From Actinomycetota bacterium (GTDB lineage Bacteria; Actinomycetota; Acidimicrobiia; IMCC26256; DASPTH01): DNA of 61,879 nt. The DNA is taken from assembly GCA_046727575.1 (NCBI GenBank), contig JBKPCV010000045.1:1-61879 (forward strand), written 5' to 3'. The notes below the pieces were generated by a model. That model saw only the letters and a program-made list of their open reading frames with translations, had not been told where the DNA came from and ran no database searches. Positions 43,668 through 53,487 of this stretch are shown piece after piece (the first letter of the stretch is position 1; every line of letters starts with the position of its first letter). A program made the position numbers and the translations under genes.

Positions 43668-44441
43668 GTGAGGCGACTGATCGTTGTTCTCGTCGCGCTC
43701 GTCGTGCTCCTGGCGGGATGCAAGGTGGACACCGCCGTGACCGTCGACATGCACAACGACGGAAGCGGGGTGGTCACGGTTCGCGCGACGCTCGATGCCG
43801 ACGCGGTGAGCGCAGCCGAGGCGGGCGGAGGGAAGCTCGAGGAACGCGTCCGCCTCGCGGATCTCGCGGCCGCCGGGTGGAAGGTCGGGCCGTGGGTGCG
43901 GAGCGATGCCGGCACCGCACAGATCCGACTGTCGAAGCGCTTCGCCTCCCCTGAGCAAGTTGCACCGATCATCGCCGAGGTGAGCGGCCCGAACGGTCCG
44001 TTGCGAGACGTGAAGGCCCGTCGCGAGCGAGGGGTGGCTTCGACGGAGTACGACGTGACCGGCGCGGTCGACCTGGCCGCGGTCGGGACCGGCCTGGCGG
44101 CCGACCAGGATCTTGTCAACTCGCTCGCCAAGCAACAGGTCGACGTGAACGTGATCGACCAGGCACTGCTCACGGAGTTGCGCAACGCCGTGTCCGTGAG
44201 CGTGGTCGTCGCGCTGCCTGACGGATCGCGTACCACGGTTCATGGTGTATCCGGACAACGGCGCCCGATCGCCGCCTCGATCTCGATCCTCAACACTCGC
44301 CGGTTGGTGCTCCTCGCGCTCGCGGTGATCTTCGTGATCCTCGCGATCGTGGTATTGCTCATCGGGCGGCGGCGCCGCCGCGCCAGGGCGCCGATCCCGC
44401 GCTTCGCGGTGCACTCGCGTGAGGGTGAGATGATGCGCTGA
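43668..44441 (+). CDS. Lipoprotein with C-terminal TM anchor (LppM-like)
   Basis: Lipobox LLAG|C, DGSG motif, C-terminal hydrophobic helix plus RRRRR. Confidence 0.72.
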   Translation: MRRLIVVLVALVVLLAGCKVDTAVTVDMHNDGSGVVTVRATLDADAVSAAEAGGGKLEERVRLADLAAAGWKVGPWVRSDAGTAQIRLSKRFASPEQVAPIIAEVSGPNGPLRDVKARRERGVASTEYDVTGAVDLAAVGTGLAADQDLVNSLAKQQVDVNVIDQALLTELRNAVSVSVVVALPDGSRTTVHGVSGQRRPIAASISILNTRRLVLLALAVIFVILAIVVLLIGRRRRRARAPIPRFAVHSREGEMMR

Positions 44442-44504
44442 CCGCGCCTGACCGTCGGAACGACCGTTCGGATGAGTGTCGCACCTCCGGCGTACGGTCG
44501 GACG

Positions 44505-45842
44505 GTGAAGACCCGAGCGACCCGCTCGCCGCTGCATCGTTGTACGGAGTGCGGCTGTGAGACTCCCCGCTGGCTCGGCCGCTGCCCGTCGTGTGACACG
44601 TGGGGCTCGATCGTCGAGCAGGTGCGCTCGGGGCTCGTCGTGGGCGCCGGAGAAGGTCCGGTCCCTCTCTGCGAGGTGAGCACCGAAACGGCACTCGCAC
44701 GTTCCACCGGCGTCGCCGAGCTCGATCGGGTGCTCGGCGGCGGACTCGTTCCAGGATCGGTCACGCTGCTTGCCGGCGAACCGGGCATGGGCAAGAGCAC
44801 CCTCCTCCTCCAGGCCCTGGCGCGGATGGCCGAAGCCGGGGCTCGGTGCCTGCTTGTCACGGCGGAGGAGTCAACCGCCCAGGTGCGGATGCGCGCCGAG
44901 CGCCTCGGTGCGCTCGCGGCGACGCTCCTGGTCGTTTCCGACACCTCGTTGCCTGATGTCCTGACGCACGTCGAGTCGGTCGAGCCCGACGTGCTCGCGC
45001 TTGACTCGATCCAAACAGTTCTCGATCCCGGCGTTTCGGGGGCGCCCGGCTCGGTCACCCAGGTGCGCGACTCTGCCTATCGGCTCGTGCAGCAGGCGAA
45101 GGAGCGCGCACTCGCGACGGTGCTCGTCGGTCACGTCACCAAGGAGGGCACTTTGGCGGGCCCTCGGGTGCTCGAGCACGTGGTCGACACCGTGCTGTCC
45201 TTCGAAGGCGATCGTGGCCAGTCGCTCCGGATGCTGCACGCGCTCAAGCACCGATTTGGTGGCACCTCTGAGCTCGGTCTCTTCGAGATGACACCGTGCG
45301 GGCTCGTCGACGTGCCCGACGCGTCCACGCGCTTCCTGCTCGACCGGCGTACCGACGCACCCGGTTCCGCGGTCGCCACGGTGCTCGAGGGCACGCGCCC
45401 GATGCTTGTCGAGATCCAGTCGCTCGTCGTGACGGGCGGCGCGCCACCGCGGCGATACGCGGCAGGTCTCGATCCCGCACGACTCGCGATGCTCCTGGCG
45501 GTGCTGTCGCAGCACGCAGCCATCGACACTGCGCAGTCGGAGGTGTACGCGAGCGTCGCCGGAGGGTTCCGGGTCACCGAGACCGGTGCCGACCTCGCGC
45601 TCGCGCTGGCAGTCGGAAGCGCGCAGCGACGCTGCGCTGTTGATGCGCGCACCGCGGCCGTCGGAGAACTCGGTCTCGGCGGCGAGGTACGGACTGTGCC
45701 GCAGCTCGACCGACGGATCGAAGAGGCGGCACGCCTGGGTTTCACGCGCGTGCTCGCGCCGCCGGCCGCGAGCTCCCGTCCCGGCATCGAAGTTGTTCCG
45801 GTACACGACGTCACCGAGGCTCTGGCGCGCTGCCTCGGGTAA
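44505..45842 (+). CDS. radA: DNA repair protein RadA/Sms
   Basis: CTECG...CPSC, GEPGMGKST, LDSIQT, GHVTKEG.LAGP..LEH.VD, GELGLGGEVR. Confidence 0.95.
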   Translation: MKTRATRSPLHRCTECGCETPRWLGRCPSCDTWGSIVEQVRSGLVVGAGEGPVPLCEVSTETALARSTGVAELDRVLGGGLVPGSVTLLAGEPGMGKSTLLLQALARMAEAGARCLLVTAEESTAQVRMRAERLGALAATLLVVSDTSLPDVLTHVESVEPDVLALDSIQTVLDPGVSGAPGSVTQVRDSAYRLVQQAKERALATVLVGHVTKEGTLAGPRVLEHVVDTVLSFEGDRGQSLRMLHALKHRFGGTSELGLFEMTPCGLVDVPDASTRFLLDRRTDAPGSAVATVLEGTRPMLVEIQSLVVTGGAPPRRYAAGLDPARLAMLLAVLSQHAAIDTAQSEVYASVAGGFRVTETGADLALALAVGSAQRRCAVDARTAAVGELGLGGEVRTVPQLDRRIEEAARLGFTRVLAPPAASSRPGIEVVPVHDVTEALARCLG

Positions 45843-45852
45843 ATTTGCTTGC

Positions 45853-46926
45853 GTGCCTGCGATAGCGCGCTCGCAAGCGATGATGCTCGCCTTACGGCTC
45901 GTGGGGCCGGGGACGCAGTTGCGCGAGGGCCTCGACCGCATCCTCCAAGCACGCATGGGCGCGCTCATCGTGATCGGCGACGGTCCCGAAGTCCTGTCGG
46001 TGTGCTCCGGGGGATTCCTGCTCGATTCGGAGTTCACGCCACAGCGTCTGTCTGAGCTCGCCAAGATGGACGGTGCGATCATCCTCGCGTCCGACTGTTC
46101 GCGCGTCGCGCGCGCCAACGTGCATCTCGTTCCCGACCCGAACATCCCGACATCCGAGACCGGGACGCGTCACCGCACCGCCGAGCGGGTCGGCCGCCAG
46201 CTCGACGTGCCTGTGATCACCGTGTCGGAGGACATGTCGGTGGTCGCGATCCACCGTGGCGGCGAGAAGCACACCCTCGAGCCCATCCCGCGTGTTCTCG
46301 CGCGCGCGGACCAGGCGCTCCAGATCCTCGGGCGCTACAAGTCCCGGCTCGACGCGGTCAGCGGCTCGCTGTCGGCGCTCGAGGTGGAAGACCTCGTGAC
46401 GGTTCGTGACGTCGCCACCGTCCTGCAGCGCGCCGAGATGGTGCGGCGCATCGCCGAGGAGATCGAGGGCTACGTGGTCGAGCTCGGCAGCGACGGCCGG
46501 CTCGTCATGCTCCAGCTCGAAGAGCTGATCGGCGGCGTGGAGGACGACCGCCGCCTCGTCGCCAAGGACTACTTCCACTCCACGCCCGACGTCGAGCTCG
46601 TCAACGTGATGAATGCGCTCGCGAGCCTCGACGACGAGTATCTCCTCGATCTGTACTCGGTGGCCGGTGTGCTCAACCTCGGCCCGAACGTGGGCATCGA
46701 CAGCGCGTTGCAGCCGCGTGGCTTCCGACTGCTGCACAAGATCCCGCGCCTTCCCGAGATCGTGTCGGATCACGTTGTGAACCGCTTCGCGAACCTCCAG
46801 AAGATCATGCGCGCCGGCCTTGCCGACCTCACCGAGGTGGAGGGCGTCGGCGATGTGCGAGCGCGAGCGATCAAGGAGGGTCTGTCGCGGCTCGCGGAGA
46901 CGTCCATCCTTGAACGATACGTATAG
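45853..46926 (+). CDS. disA: DNA integrity scanning diadenylate cyclase DisA
   Basis: KMDGA and ETGTRHRTAER catalytic motifs; C-terminal HhH (VEGVG); follows radA. Confidence 0.95.
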   Translation: MPAIARSQAMMLALRLVGPGTQLREGLDRILQARMGALIVIGDGPEVLSVCSGGFLLDSEFTPQRLSELAKMDGAIILASDCSRVARANVHLVPDPNIPTSETGTRHRTAERVGRQLDVPVITVSEDMSVVAIHRGGEKHTLEPIPRVLARADQALQILGRYKSRLDAVSGSLSALEVEDLVTVRDVATVLQRAEMVRRIAEEIEGYVVELGSDGRLVMLQLEELIGGVEDDRRLVAKDYFHSTPDVELVNVMNALASLDDEYLLDLYSVAGVLNLGPNVGIDSALQPRGFRLLHKIPRLPEIVSDHVVNRFANLQKIMRAGLADLTEVEGVGDVRARAIKEGLSRLAETSILERYV

Positions 46927-46944
46927 CTGAGCAGAGGTGCAGAA

Positions 46945-47688
46945 GTGGCAGAGCTGGCAGTCGGAACGCAGGAAGTCGACGTCGAGCACATCACGCTGAA
47001 GGGCAGCGACGGCGCGTTGGTCGATGCCGTCCACGCGCGTCCCGACGGCTTGCCGCAGTCGGGCATCGTGCTGCATCCCGACATCATGGGTCTCCGTCCG
47101 CTGTTCGACGATCTGTGTCGCCGGTTGGCAACCCACGGCTTTGCCGTGTGCGCGCCCGAACCGTTTGCTCGTGCCCCCGCCGACGTGCTGACGGCCGAGG
47201 AGCCTTCGGCGCGCATGGCGTACGCGAAGGAGCTCGATGACGAGCTGCAACTCGGTGACCTCGAGGCCGCCGCCGATTACCTCGTCATCCACGATGATGT
47301 GAGCGAGGTCGCGGTCATCGGCTTCTGCATGGGTGGCATGCAGGTGCTGAAGGTGGCGGCGACGGGGCGGTTCGATCGCGCGGTCGCCTTCTACGGAATG
47401 ATCCGCGTTCCGGATGACTGGGTCGGCCCGAAGACGTTGCAGCCGCTCGACACCGCGGCCGACATGTGCCCGACGCTCGCGATCTTCGGCGGTCTCGACC
47501 GCTACTCGCCGGAACAGGACATCGAGGCGCTCCGCGCGGCATGGGCGAACCGACCGGACTGCGAGATCGTCGTGTACCCGGAGGCCGACCACGGGTTCGT
47601 GCACGCGCCCGAACGGCCGGCGCACCGTGCCGACGACGCCGCCGACGCCTGGCGCCGGGCGCTCAAGTTCCTCACGGCTTCCTCGTAG
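46945..47688 (+). CDS. Dienelactone hydrolase family protein
   Basis: GFCMGG nucleophile elbow, FYG, YPEADHGF. Confidence 0.9.
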   Translation: MAELAVGTQEVDVEHITLKGSDGALVDAVHARPDGLPQSGIVLHPDIMGLRPLFDDLCRRLATHGFAVCAPEPFARAPADVLTAEEPSARMAYAKELDDELQLGDLEAAADYLVIHDDVSEVAVIGFCMGGMQVLKVAATGRFDRAVAFYGMIRVPDDWVGPKTLQPLDTAADMCPTLAIFGGLDRYSPEQDIEALRAAWANRPDCEIVVYPEADHGFVHAPERPAHRADDAADAWRRALKFLTASS

Positions 47689-47704
47689 GCAGCGAGAGCC
47701 GGCC

Positions 47705-48370
47705 TTACGGTTCTGCGCGGTCGTCGAGCGCGGGGCGGTCGAGGATGCGATAGCGGTTGCGTCCCTCGACCGACAACCAGCCAAGGCGCATGAACATCGA
47801 GAGTGCCTTGTTGACGCGCTCCCGGCTCGCACCGACGAGCCCCGCGAGGTCCTCCTGCGTCATGCGCAGACGGAACTCGTCCTCGCCGGCGGAGAGTTCG
47901 AGCAGGCGTTTGGCCGTGCGTCCCGGAACGTCGAGGAACACCGCGTCGGCCAGCGTGTCGTCCGTCGCCCGCAGTCGACGAGCGAGCACGCGAATGATGA
48001 TCCATAGGAGCTGCGGCTCGGCCTTCAGAGCGGCGCGTACCGCCTCGTACTCGAGCGCGAGGAGCTGAGTGGTCTCGAGCCCGCGTGCGTCGGCCGACCG
48101 CGGCCCTGCGTCGAACAGGCCGAGTTCGCCGAACAACGACCCCTCGTCGAGCACCGCAACGAGCGACTCACGACCGTCGGGCGCTCGCGTGCAGATGGCG
48201 ATGCGACCGCTGACGATGCCGAACAGCTCGGTCGCGGGGTCACCCCGACGGAAGAGCACTTCGTTGCGGGCGACGTTGCGAACCGTCGAGGCGGTGCGGA
48301 GCGTCTCGAGTGCCTCCTGAGGCAGTGCGCCGAGGAGCTGCGTCGTCTCGAGTATCCGACGTTCGGCCAT
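47705..48370 (-). CDS. Crp/Fnr family transcriptional regulator
   Basis: FGELGLFD.GPRSA cNMP motif; HTH TQEDLAGLVGASRERVNKAL. Confidence 0.92.
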   Translation of the reverse strand: MAERRILETTQLLGALPQEALETLRTASTVRNVARNEVLFRRGDPATELFGIVSGRIAICTRAPDGRESLVAVLDEGSLFGELGLFDAGPRSADARGLETTQLLALEYEAVRAALKAEPQLLWIIIRVLARRLRATDDTLADAVFLDVPGRTAKRLLELSAGEDEFRLRMTQEDLAGLVGASRERVNKALSMFMRLGWLSVEGRNRYRILDRPALDDRAEP

Positions 48371-48466
48371 GCCCCGCGAGCGTAGCGACCGGCGACAGCA
48401 CACGGAAGCGACCGGTCATGTGTCTGGTATCCTTACTTCTTCCCCCGTTTCACAGCTTGGAGTCTC

Positions 48467-48997
48467 ATGACCTTCGACGTCGGCGACAAGGTTGTCTACC
48501 CCCACCATGGCGCGGCGACGATCGAGAAGCGCGAGAAGAAGGAGGCCTTCGGCGAGAAGCGCGACTACCTCGTGCTGCGCCTCGCATACGGCGATCTCAC
48601 GTTGATGGTGCCCGCCGACAACGCCGAGGAGATCGGTCTCCGCGACGTCATCAACGACGAAGAAGTCGAGGAAGTGTTCGCCGTCCTCCGCAAGAAGGAG
48701 GCGCGCATGCCCACGAACTGGTCGCGCCGCTTCAAGAACCACGTCGAGAAGCTGAAGAGCGGCGACATCTACCAGGTCGCGGAGGTCGTGCGAAATCTCT
48801 CGATCCGTGAGACCGACAAGGGCCTTTCGGCAGGAGAGAAGCGGATGCTCGCTCGCGCGCGCCAGATTCTCGTGTCGGAGCTCACGTTCGCGCTCAACGT
48901 CGACGAGGAAGCCGCCGAGGCGCGTCTCGACGCGGTGCTCAAGGGCGAAGACCAGGCCGCCAAGAAGCCTGCGAGACGCGCCGCCGCCAAGAAGTAG
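48467..48997 (+). CDS. carD: RNA polymerase-binding regulator CarD
   Basis: [26 protein letters not shown]; upstream of ispD-ispF. Confidence 0.95.
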   Translation: MTFDVGDKVVYPHHGAATIEKREKKEAFGEKRDYLVLRLAYGDLTLMVPADNAEEIGLRDVINDEEVEEVFAVLRKKEARMPTNWSRRFKNHVEKLKSGDIYQVAEVVRNLSIRETDKGLSAGEKRMLARARQILVSELTFALNVDEEAAEARLDAVLKGEDQAAKKPARRAAAKK

Positions 48998-49003
48998 CGG
49001 CAT

Positions 49004-49633
49004 GTGAGCGGCGTCTGGGGCATCCTCGTCGCCGCCGGCCGCGGTGACCGCTTCGGCGCGCCGAAACAGTTCTGCGACCTCGCCGGCGCCCCCGTCGTCG
49101 AACGTGCGTGCGCCCCACTGGCCGAGGTCTGCGACGGGGTGGTGGTCGTGCTCCCGCGCGGCTTTGGGTGGGACGGCGCCGGACGTGCCGTCGTGGGCGG
49201 CGAAACGAGATCCGACTCCGTCCGCGCCGGCCTGCGTGCGATTCCCGAGGAAGCAGAACTAGTCGTCGTGCACGACGCGGCGCGGCCCCTCGCGGCACGT
49301 GCACTGTTCGAAGCGGTCGTCACGGCAGTGCGCGACGGCGCCGACGCGGCAGTCCCCGCGATGCCGGTCTCCGACACGCTCAAGAGGGTCGACGGCACCC
49401 GGGTACTCGAGACGCTCGATCGCTCCCCCCTGGTGGCGGTCCAGACTCCCCAAGGTTTCCGTGCCGCGGCGCTTCGCGCCGCGCACGCGTTGGCTCGCGA
49501 TGCGACGGACGACGCGGCACTCGTCGAAGCCGGCGGTGGGACCGTTGTCGTCGTGCCCGGCGACGCGCGCAACATCAAGATCACGCAACCGGACGACTTG
49601 CTCGTCGCGGCAGCATTGCTCGAGCGGCAATGA
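49004..49633 (+). CDS. ispD: 2-C-methyl-D-erythritol 4-phosphate cytidylyltransferase
   Basis: AAGRG.RFG.PKQ, GG.TR..SV, VHDAARP, QTPQGF, NIKIT. Confidence 0.94.
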   Translation: MSGVWGILVAAGRGDRFGAPKQFCDLAGAPVVERACAPLAEVCDGVVVVLPRGFGWDGAGRAVVGGETRSDSVRAGLRAIPEEAELVVVHDAARPLAARALFEAVVTAVRDGADAAVPAMPVSDTLKRVDGTRVLETLDRSPLVAVQTPQGFRAAALRAAHALARDATDDAALVEAGGGTVVVVPGDARNIKITQPDDLLVAAALLERQ

Positions 49634-50130
49634 CCGCCTTTCGTGTGGGTATCGGCTACGACGTGCACCGGTTCGGTGGCGATGGCGCGCTCGTTCTGGG
49701 CGGTGTCACGGTGGAGAGTGAGTCCGGTCTCGCGGGCCACTCCGACGCCGACGTGGTGGCCCACGCGGTTGCCGACGCGGTGCTCACGCCCGCCGGTCTT
49801 CCGGACCTCGGCGTGCTCTTTCCTGCGTCGGACGACAGCTACCGCGGCGCGGTCTCGCTCGACATCCTCCGTGAGGCGGTGGCACGCGTGAGGCGAGAGG
49901 GCTGGTGGGTCGTGAACGTGGATGTCGTGATCGCCGCGGAGCAACCGGCGCTGGCACCCCACATGCAACAGATGTCGGCGAACCTCACTGAGGTCTTGCG
50001 CGCGGCACAGGAACCCATGGGGCCGGGTGTGTTCGTGACCGTGAAGCCCAAGCGCGGCGAAGGAGTCGGCGCGATCGGCCGCGGAGAGGGCATCGCGGTG
50101 TGGGCGGTCGCGCTCCTCGAGCGCCCGTAG
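49630..50130 (+). CDS. ispF: 2-C-methyl-D-erythritol 2,4-cyclodiphosphate synthase
   Basis: GIGYDVH, LVLGGV, GHSDADV, GRGEGIA. Confidence 0.94.
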   Translation: MTAFRVGIGYDVHRFGGDGALVLGGVTVESESGLAGHSDADVVAHAVADAVLTPAGLPDLGVLFPASDDSYRGAVSLDILREAVARVRREGWWVVNVDVVIAAEQPALAPHMQQMSANLTEVLRAAQEPMGPGVFVTVKPKRGEGVGAIGRGEGIAVWAVALLERP

Positions 50131-50210
50131 CGCAGCGGGCCGGTCAAGCTCGCGTCGGGGCCGGCATAACCGGCAGGTGGTGGGCAACCGCGGCGGTACC
50201 CTCGGCCGCT

Positions 50211-51578
50211 ATGGCCGTGCGGATCCGCGACACCCTGCTCCGTGACACCGTGGAGCTCGTTCCGCGCGAGCCCGGAAAGCTGTCCATCTACGTGTGCGGG
50301 CCGACCGTCTATGACGTCGCGCACGTCGGCCACGGACGAACGGCGCTGCTGTTCGACGTCATCCGTCGCTACCTCGAGTGGCGCGGCTTCGACGTCGACT
50401 ACGTGAGCAACATCACCGACGTCGAGGACAAGATCATCGCTCGGGCCGCCGAGCGGGGCACGAGTGAGTCCGAGCTCGCCGAGAAATACGAGCGCGAGTG
50501 GTTCGACGCGATGGACCGACTCGGTGTGCGTCGACCCGATCACGTCCCTCACGCCACCGAGTACATCGACGACATGATCGAGCTCATCGGGGAGCTGGTG
50601 GAGCGAGGACACGCGTACGCCGCCGCCGACGGCGTGTACTTCGACGTCGACTCCTTCGACGGCTACGGCGCGCTGCCGCACCGCACGCTCGACGAGCTTC
50701 GCCGGTCGGCGGGAGCGCGGGTGGAAGTCGACGAGGCCAAACACAACCCGATGGACTTCGCACTCTGGAAAGCAGCGAAGCCCGGCGAGCCGGCGTGGGA
50801 CTCACCGTGGGGCAAGGGGCGGCCCGGTTGGCACATCGAGTGCTCGGCGATGGCGCTCGACCTCCTCGGGGAGGGCTTCGACCTGCATGGCGCGGGCGAC
50901 GACCTGGTGTTCCCCCACCACGAGAACGAACGCGTGCAAGCCGAAGGTGCGGGACACCGTTTTGCGCGCCACTGGATCCACTCAGGCATGGTGATGGCGG
51001 GCGGCGAGAAGATGGCGAAGTCGCTCGGCAACTTCACGACGATCGCCGATGCGCTCGATACGTACGGAGCGAATGCGTTCCGCCTGGCCGCGCTCAATGC
51101 GCACTACCGGCGCACGACCGAGCTCGGCGACAAGGAATTGGAAGCGGCGGTCTCGGGCATCGACCGACTCGCTTCGCTCCTACGGCGCGCGGCAGCGCAC
51201 GGCGTGCCCGAGATCCGTGGGCCGTTGGACAACACCACGGTCGAGCAGTTCGTCTCGGCTATGGACGACGACTTCAACACGCCGAATGCCCTGGGCGTGA
51301 TCTTCGAGGCCACCGCGCGCGCCAACCGGCTCATCGACGACGGCAAGCTCGATGACGCCGCCTTGATGGTTGCGACGGTTCGCGAGCTCGCCGGAGTGCT
51401 GGGCTTCGATCTTCGCAGTGGCAACGAGGAAGATACCGAGATCGACACGCTCGTACGTGAGCGTGACGACGCGCGGGCGCAGCGCGACTTCGTGCGTGCC
51501 GACGAGATTCGCAACGAGCTGGCGACACGTGGCATCAAGCTCGAGGACGGACCCAACGGTACGACCTGGCATCGATGA
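50211..51578 (+). CDS. cysS: Cysteine--tRNA ligase
   Basis: YVCGPTVY, HVGH, DFALWK, GRPGWHIECS, FPHHENE, KMAKS. Confidence 0.96.
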   Translation: MAVRIRDTLLRDTVELVPREPGKLSIYVCGPTVYDVAHVGHGRTALLFDVIRRYLEWRGFDVDYVSNITDVEDKIIARAAERGTSESELAEKYEREWFDAMDRLGVRRPDHVPHATEYIDDMIELIGELVERGHAYAAADGVYFDVDSFDGYGALPHRTLDELRRSAGARVEVDEAKHNPMDFALWKAAKPGEPAWDSPWGKGRPGWHIECSAMALDLLGEGFDLHGAGDDLVFPHHENERVQAEGAGHRFARHWIHSGMVMAGGEKMAKSLGNFTTIADALDTYGANAFRLAALNAHYRRTTELGDKELEAAVSGIDRLASLLRRAAAHGVPEIRGPLDNTTVEQFVSAMDDDFNTPNALGVIFEATARANRLIDDGKLDDAALMVATVRELAGVLGFDLRSGNEEDTEIDTLVRERDDARAQRDFVRADEIRNELATRGIKLEDGPNGTTWHR

Positions 51579-52321
51579 CACCGCGTGCGCGCGAAGGTGA
51601 AACTCGGGACCTCGGGCAACAGGTGGAGGGTCGGCGCGCGGTCCACGAGCTCCTGACGGCCGGGCGGCGGCGCGTGCACGAGGTCTGGGTCACCGGTGAC
51701 ACGGACGACCTCGCGGAGCTCGCTGCCGGCGTTCACGTGCGCGTTCGACGGGTCCCTCCCGACCAGCTCCGCCGTCGTGCGCGTACCGACGCGCCGCAGG
51801 GCGTGGTGGCGTTCGCGTCCCCGATCGAGCCGGCCGCGCTCGACACCCTCCTGCGGGACCGAGGTGCGTTCCTCGTCGCGCTCGACGGGGTGACCGATCC
51901 TCAGAACCTCGGAGCGGTGATGCGCACGGCCGAGGCAAATGGCGCGACGGGCATCGTCCTCCCGCGTCACCGCGCGGTGGGTCTCACCCCCACGGTCGCG
52001 AAGGCTGCCGCGGGAGCGATCGAGTACCTGCCAATCGCGTTCGTGTCCGGGATGGCGGGCGCGCTGGAACGGGCGGCGCGTGCGGGCGTGTGGACCATCG
52101 GCCTCGACGCCGACGGCGAAGCGTCGGTCTTCGACCTCCCCGTCGCGGACCAGCCGCTGGTCGTGGTCCTCGGCGCCGAAGGGCGCGGCCTGTCGCGGCT
52201 CGCCCGCACGCGGTGCGAGATCATTGCGTCGATCCCGATGTGCGGTCACCTCGCGTCGTTGAACGTGAGCGCGGCTGCGGCTGTGGCCTGCGCCGAGATC
52301 GCGCGCCACCGAACGAAGTAA
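51575..52321 (+). CDS. rlmB: 23S rRNA (Gm2251) 2'-O-methyltransferase
   Basis: LDGVTDPQNLGA, GAEGRGL, IPM..SLNVS SPOUT motifs; follows cysS. Confidence 0.92.
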   Translation: MTPRAREGETRDLGQQVEGRRAVHELLTAGRRRVHEVWVTGDTDDLAELAAGVHVRVRRVPPDQLRRRARTDAPQGVVAFASPIEPAALDTLLRDRGAFLVALDGVTDPQNLGAVMRTAEANGATGIVLPRHRAVGLTPTVAKAAAGAIEYLPIAFVSGMAGALERAARAGVWTIGLDADGEASVFDLPVADQPLVVVLGAEGRGLSRLARTRCEIIASIPMCGHLASLNVSAAAAVACAEIARHRTK

Positions 52322-52333
52322 CGTGGTTCGTTC

Positions 52334-52406
52334 GCCGGGTTAGCTCAGTTGGCAGAGCACTTCTCTTGTAAAGAAGATGTCGTCGGTTCGATCCCGACAC
52401 CCGGCT
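52334..52406 (+). tRNA. tRNA-Thr(TGT)
   Basis: Acceptor GCCGGGT/ACCCGGC, anticodon arm CTTCT-CTTGTAA-AGAAG, T-loop GGTTCGATCC. Confidence 0.95.
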
Positions 52407-52499
52407 CCGCAGTTTGCGCAGGTGAGCGGCGTGCGCGAGGAGCTCGCCGCTGCGCAGGACTGCTTTCGTGGCGCGTCCATGGCGCGCGCGTCCCAGGCT

Positions 52500-52990
52500 G
52501 CAGGCGGCCGTCGTCCTTCTGACGCCCGAACAGGAGAGCGCCCGCCTTCTCCGCCGCTTCGCGGTCGGCGTCGGTTGTGGCGTGCGCGTAGAGGGCGAGG
52601 ACGAGCCGTGGCGTCGAGTGCCCGAGCCGGTGCTGGGCGGTCCTGATGTCGACACCGGCCGCGACCCACGAGGTTGCGGCGGCGTGGCGAAGGGCGTGGA
52701 ACGTGAGTCGAGGGCTGGCAAGGCCCACGCGTTCCAGCGCAGGAAGCCAGACCCGTTGCACGAAGTTCGGGCTTCGTCGAAGGGATTCGGCCAGCTCGGC
52801 CATGAGCGGCGCCGACACGGCGACGGTTCGGATGCCGGCAGCCGTCTTCGGCTCGCCGATCACGACTGCGCCGCGAACCTCGGCGACCGTCCGCCGGACG
52901 GTGACAGCGCGTCGGAAGAAATCGAGATCACCGACCTGCAGTCCCGCACACTCACCGAAACGCAGCCCCAGCTCGGCCGCGAGGTAGCGC
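52500..52990 (-). pseudogene. Tyrosine integrase remnant (catalytic domain only)
   Basis: Box I ELGLRFGECAGL, EPKT, box II FHALRH...LGHS...LYAH; no N-terminal domain or start codon; probable internal deletion. Confidence 0.85.
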
Positions 52991-53234
52991 GGCGTTGACG
53001 GTCGACGTAGGTAGCGATGGCGTCGACGGGGATGCGGGTGGAGCGGCCGATGCGGATGACCTCGAGCTCGCCGCCGCGGATGAGCTCGTAGAGGGTTGTG
53101 CGTCCTACCGCGAGCGCTTGCGCGGCTTGGGAGACGGTGAGCAGTACCGGTGCGATTGCCGTAGTTCTCCGAGCGGGTTCATTGGTGTCTGTTTCTGGTG
53201 CCGGTCGATCCTTGGTGTTCATTGTTGTTCTCAT
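52860..53234 (-). CDS. Excisionase-like HTH protein whose 3' end runs out of frame into the integrase remnant
   Basis: LLTVSQAAQALAVGRTTLYELIRGGEL..IRIGRSTRIP (HTH_17/Xis pattern). Confidence 0.8.
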   Translation of the reverse strand: MRTTMNTKDRPAPETDTNEPARRTTAIAPVLLTVSQAAQALAVGRTTLYELIRGGELEVIRIGRSTRIPVDAIATYVDRQRRATSRPSWGCVSVSVRDCRSVISISSDALSPSGGRSPRFAAQS

Positions 53235-53487
53235 ACTCGTGATAGGCGCGCGCCAGCACCGATTCGCGACAAGGTCTTGTTGACAGCCTCAGCTCTCGAC
53301 GTGCACCCGTCTCTCCAACGCTCACACAACTGCATCTCGATGCTGTCGGCGCGTTCTGTCCGAAATCTCCGCAAGTTCTTGTCGATCGATCGCGCCGAAT
53401 ACGATCGGTGCGCGCGAAAAGGTGGAGATCTCGACTCGGCCGCCAGCCGCTTCAACTCACTCGCCTCGTCGGACTCGCGTTTGGTTC

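Noticed and set aside
50131-50210. T-box or attenuator upstream of cysS
   Set aside because: Region is too short and a -10 box lies 8 nt before ATG, implying a leaderless mRNA
52860-53000. Programmed frameshift producing a functional Xis-integrase fusion
   Set aside because: No slippery heptamer at the junction; the core-binding domain is absent and a second deletion is likely, so decay is the simpler explanation
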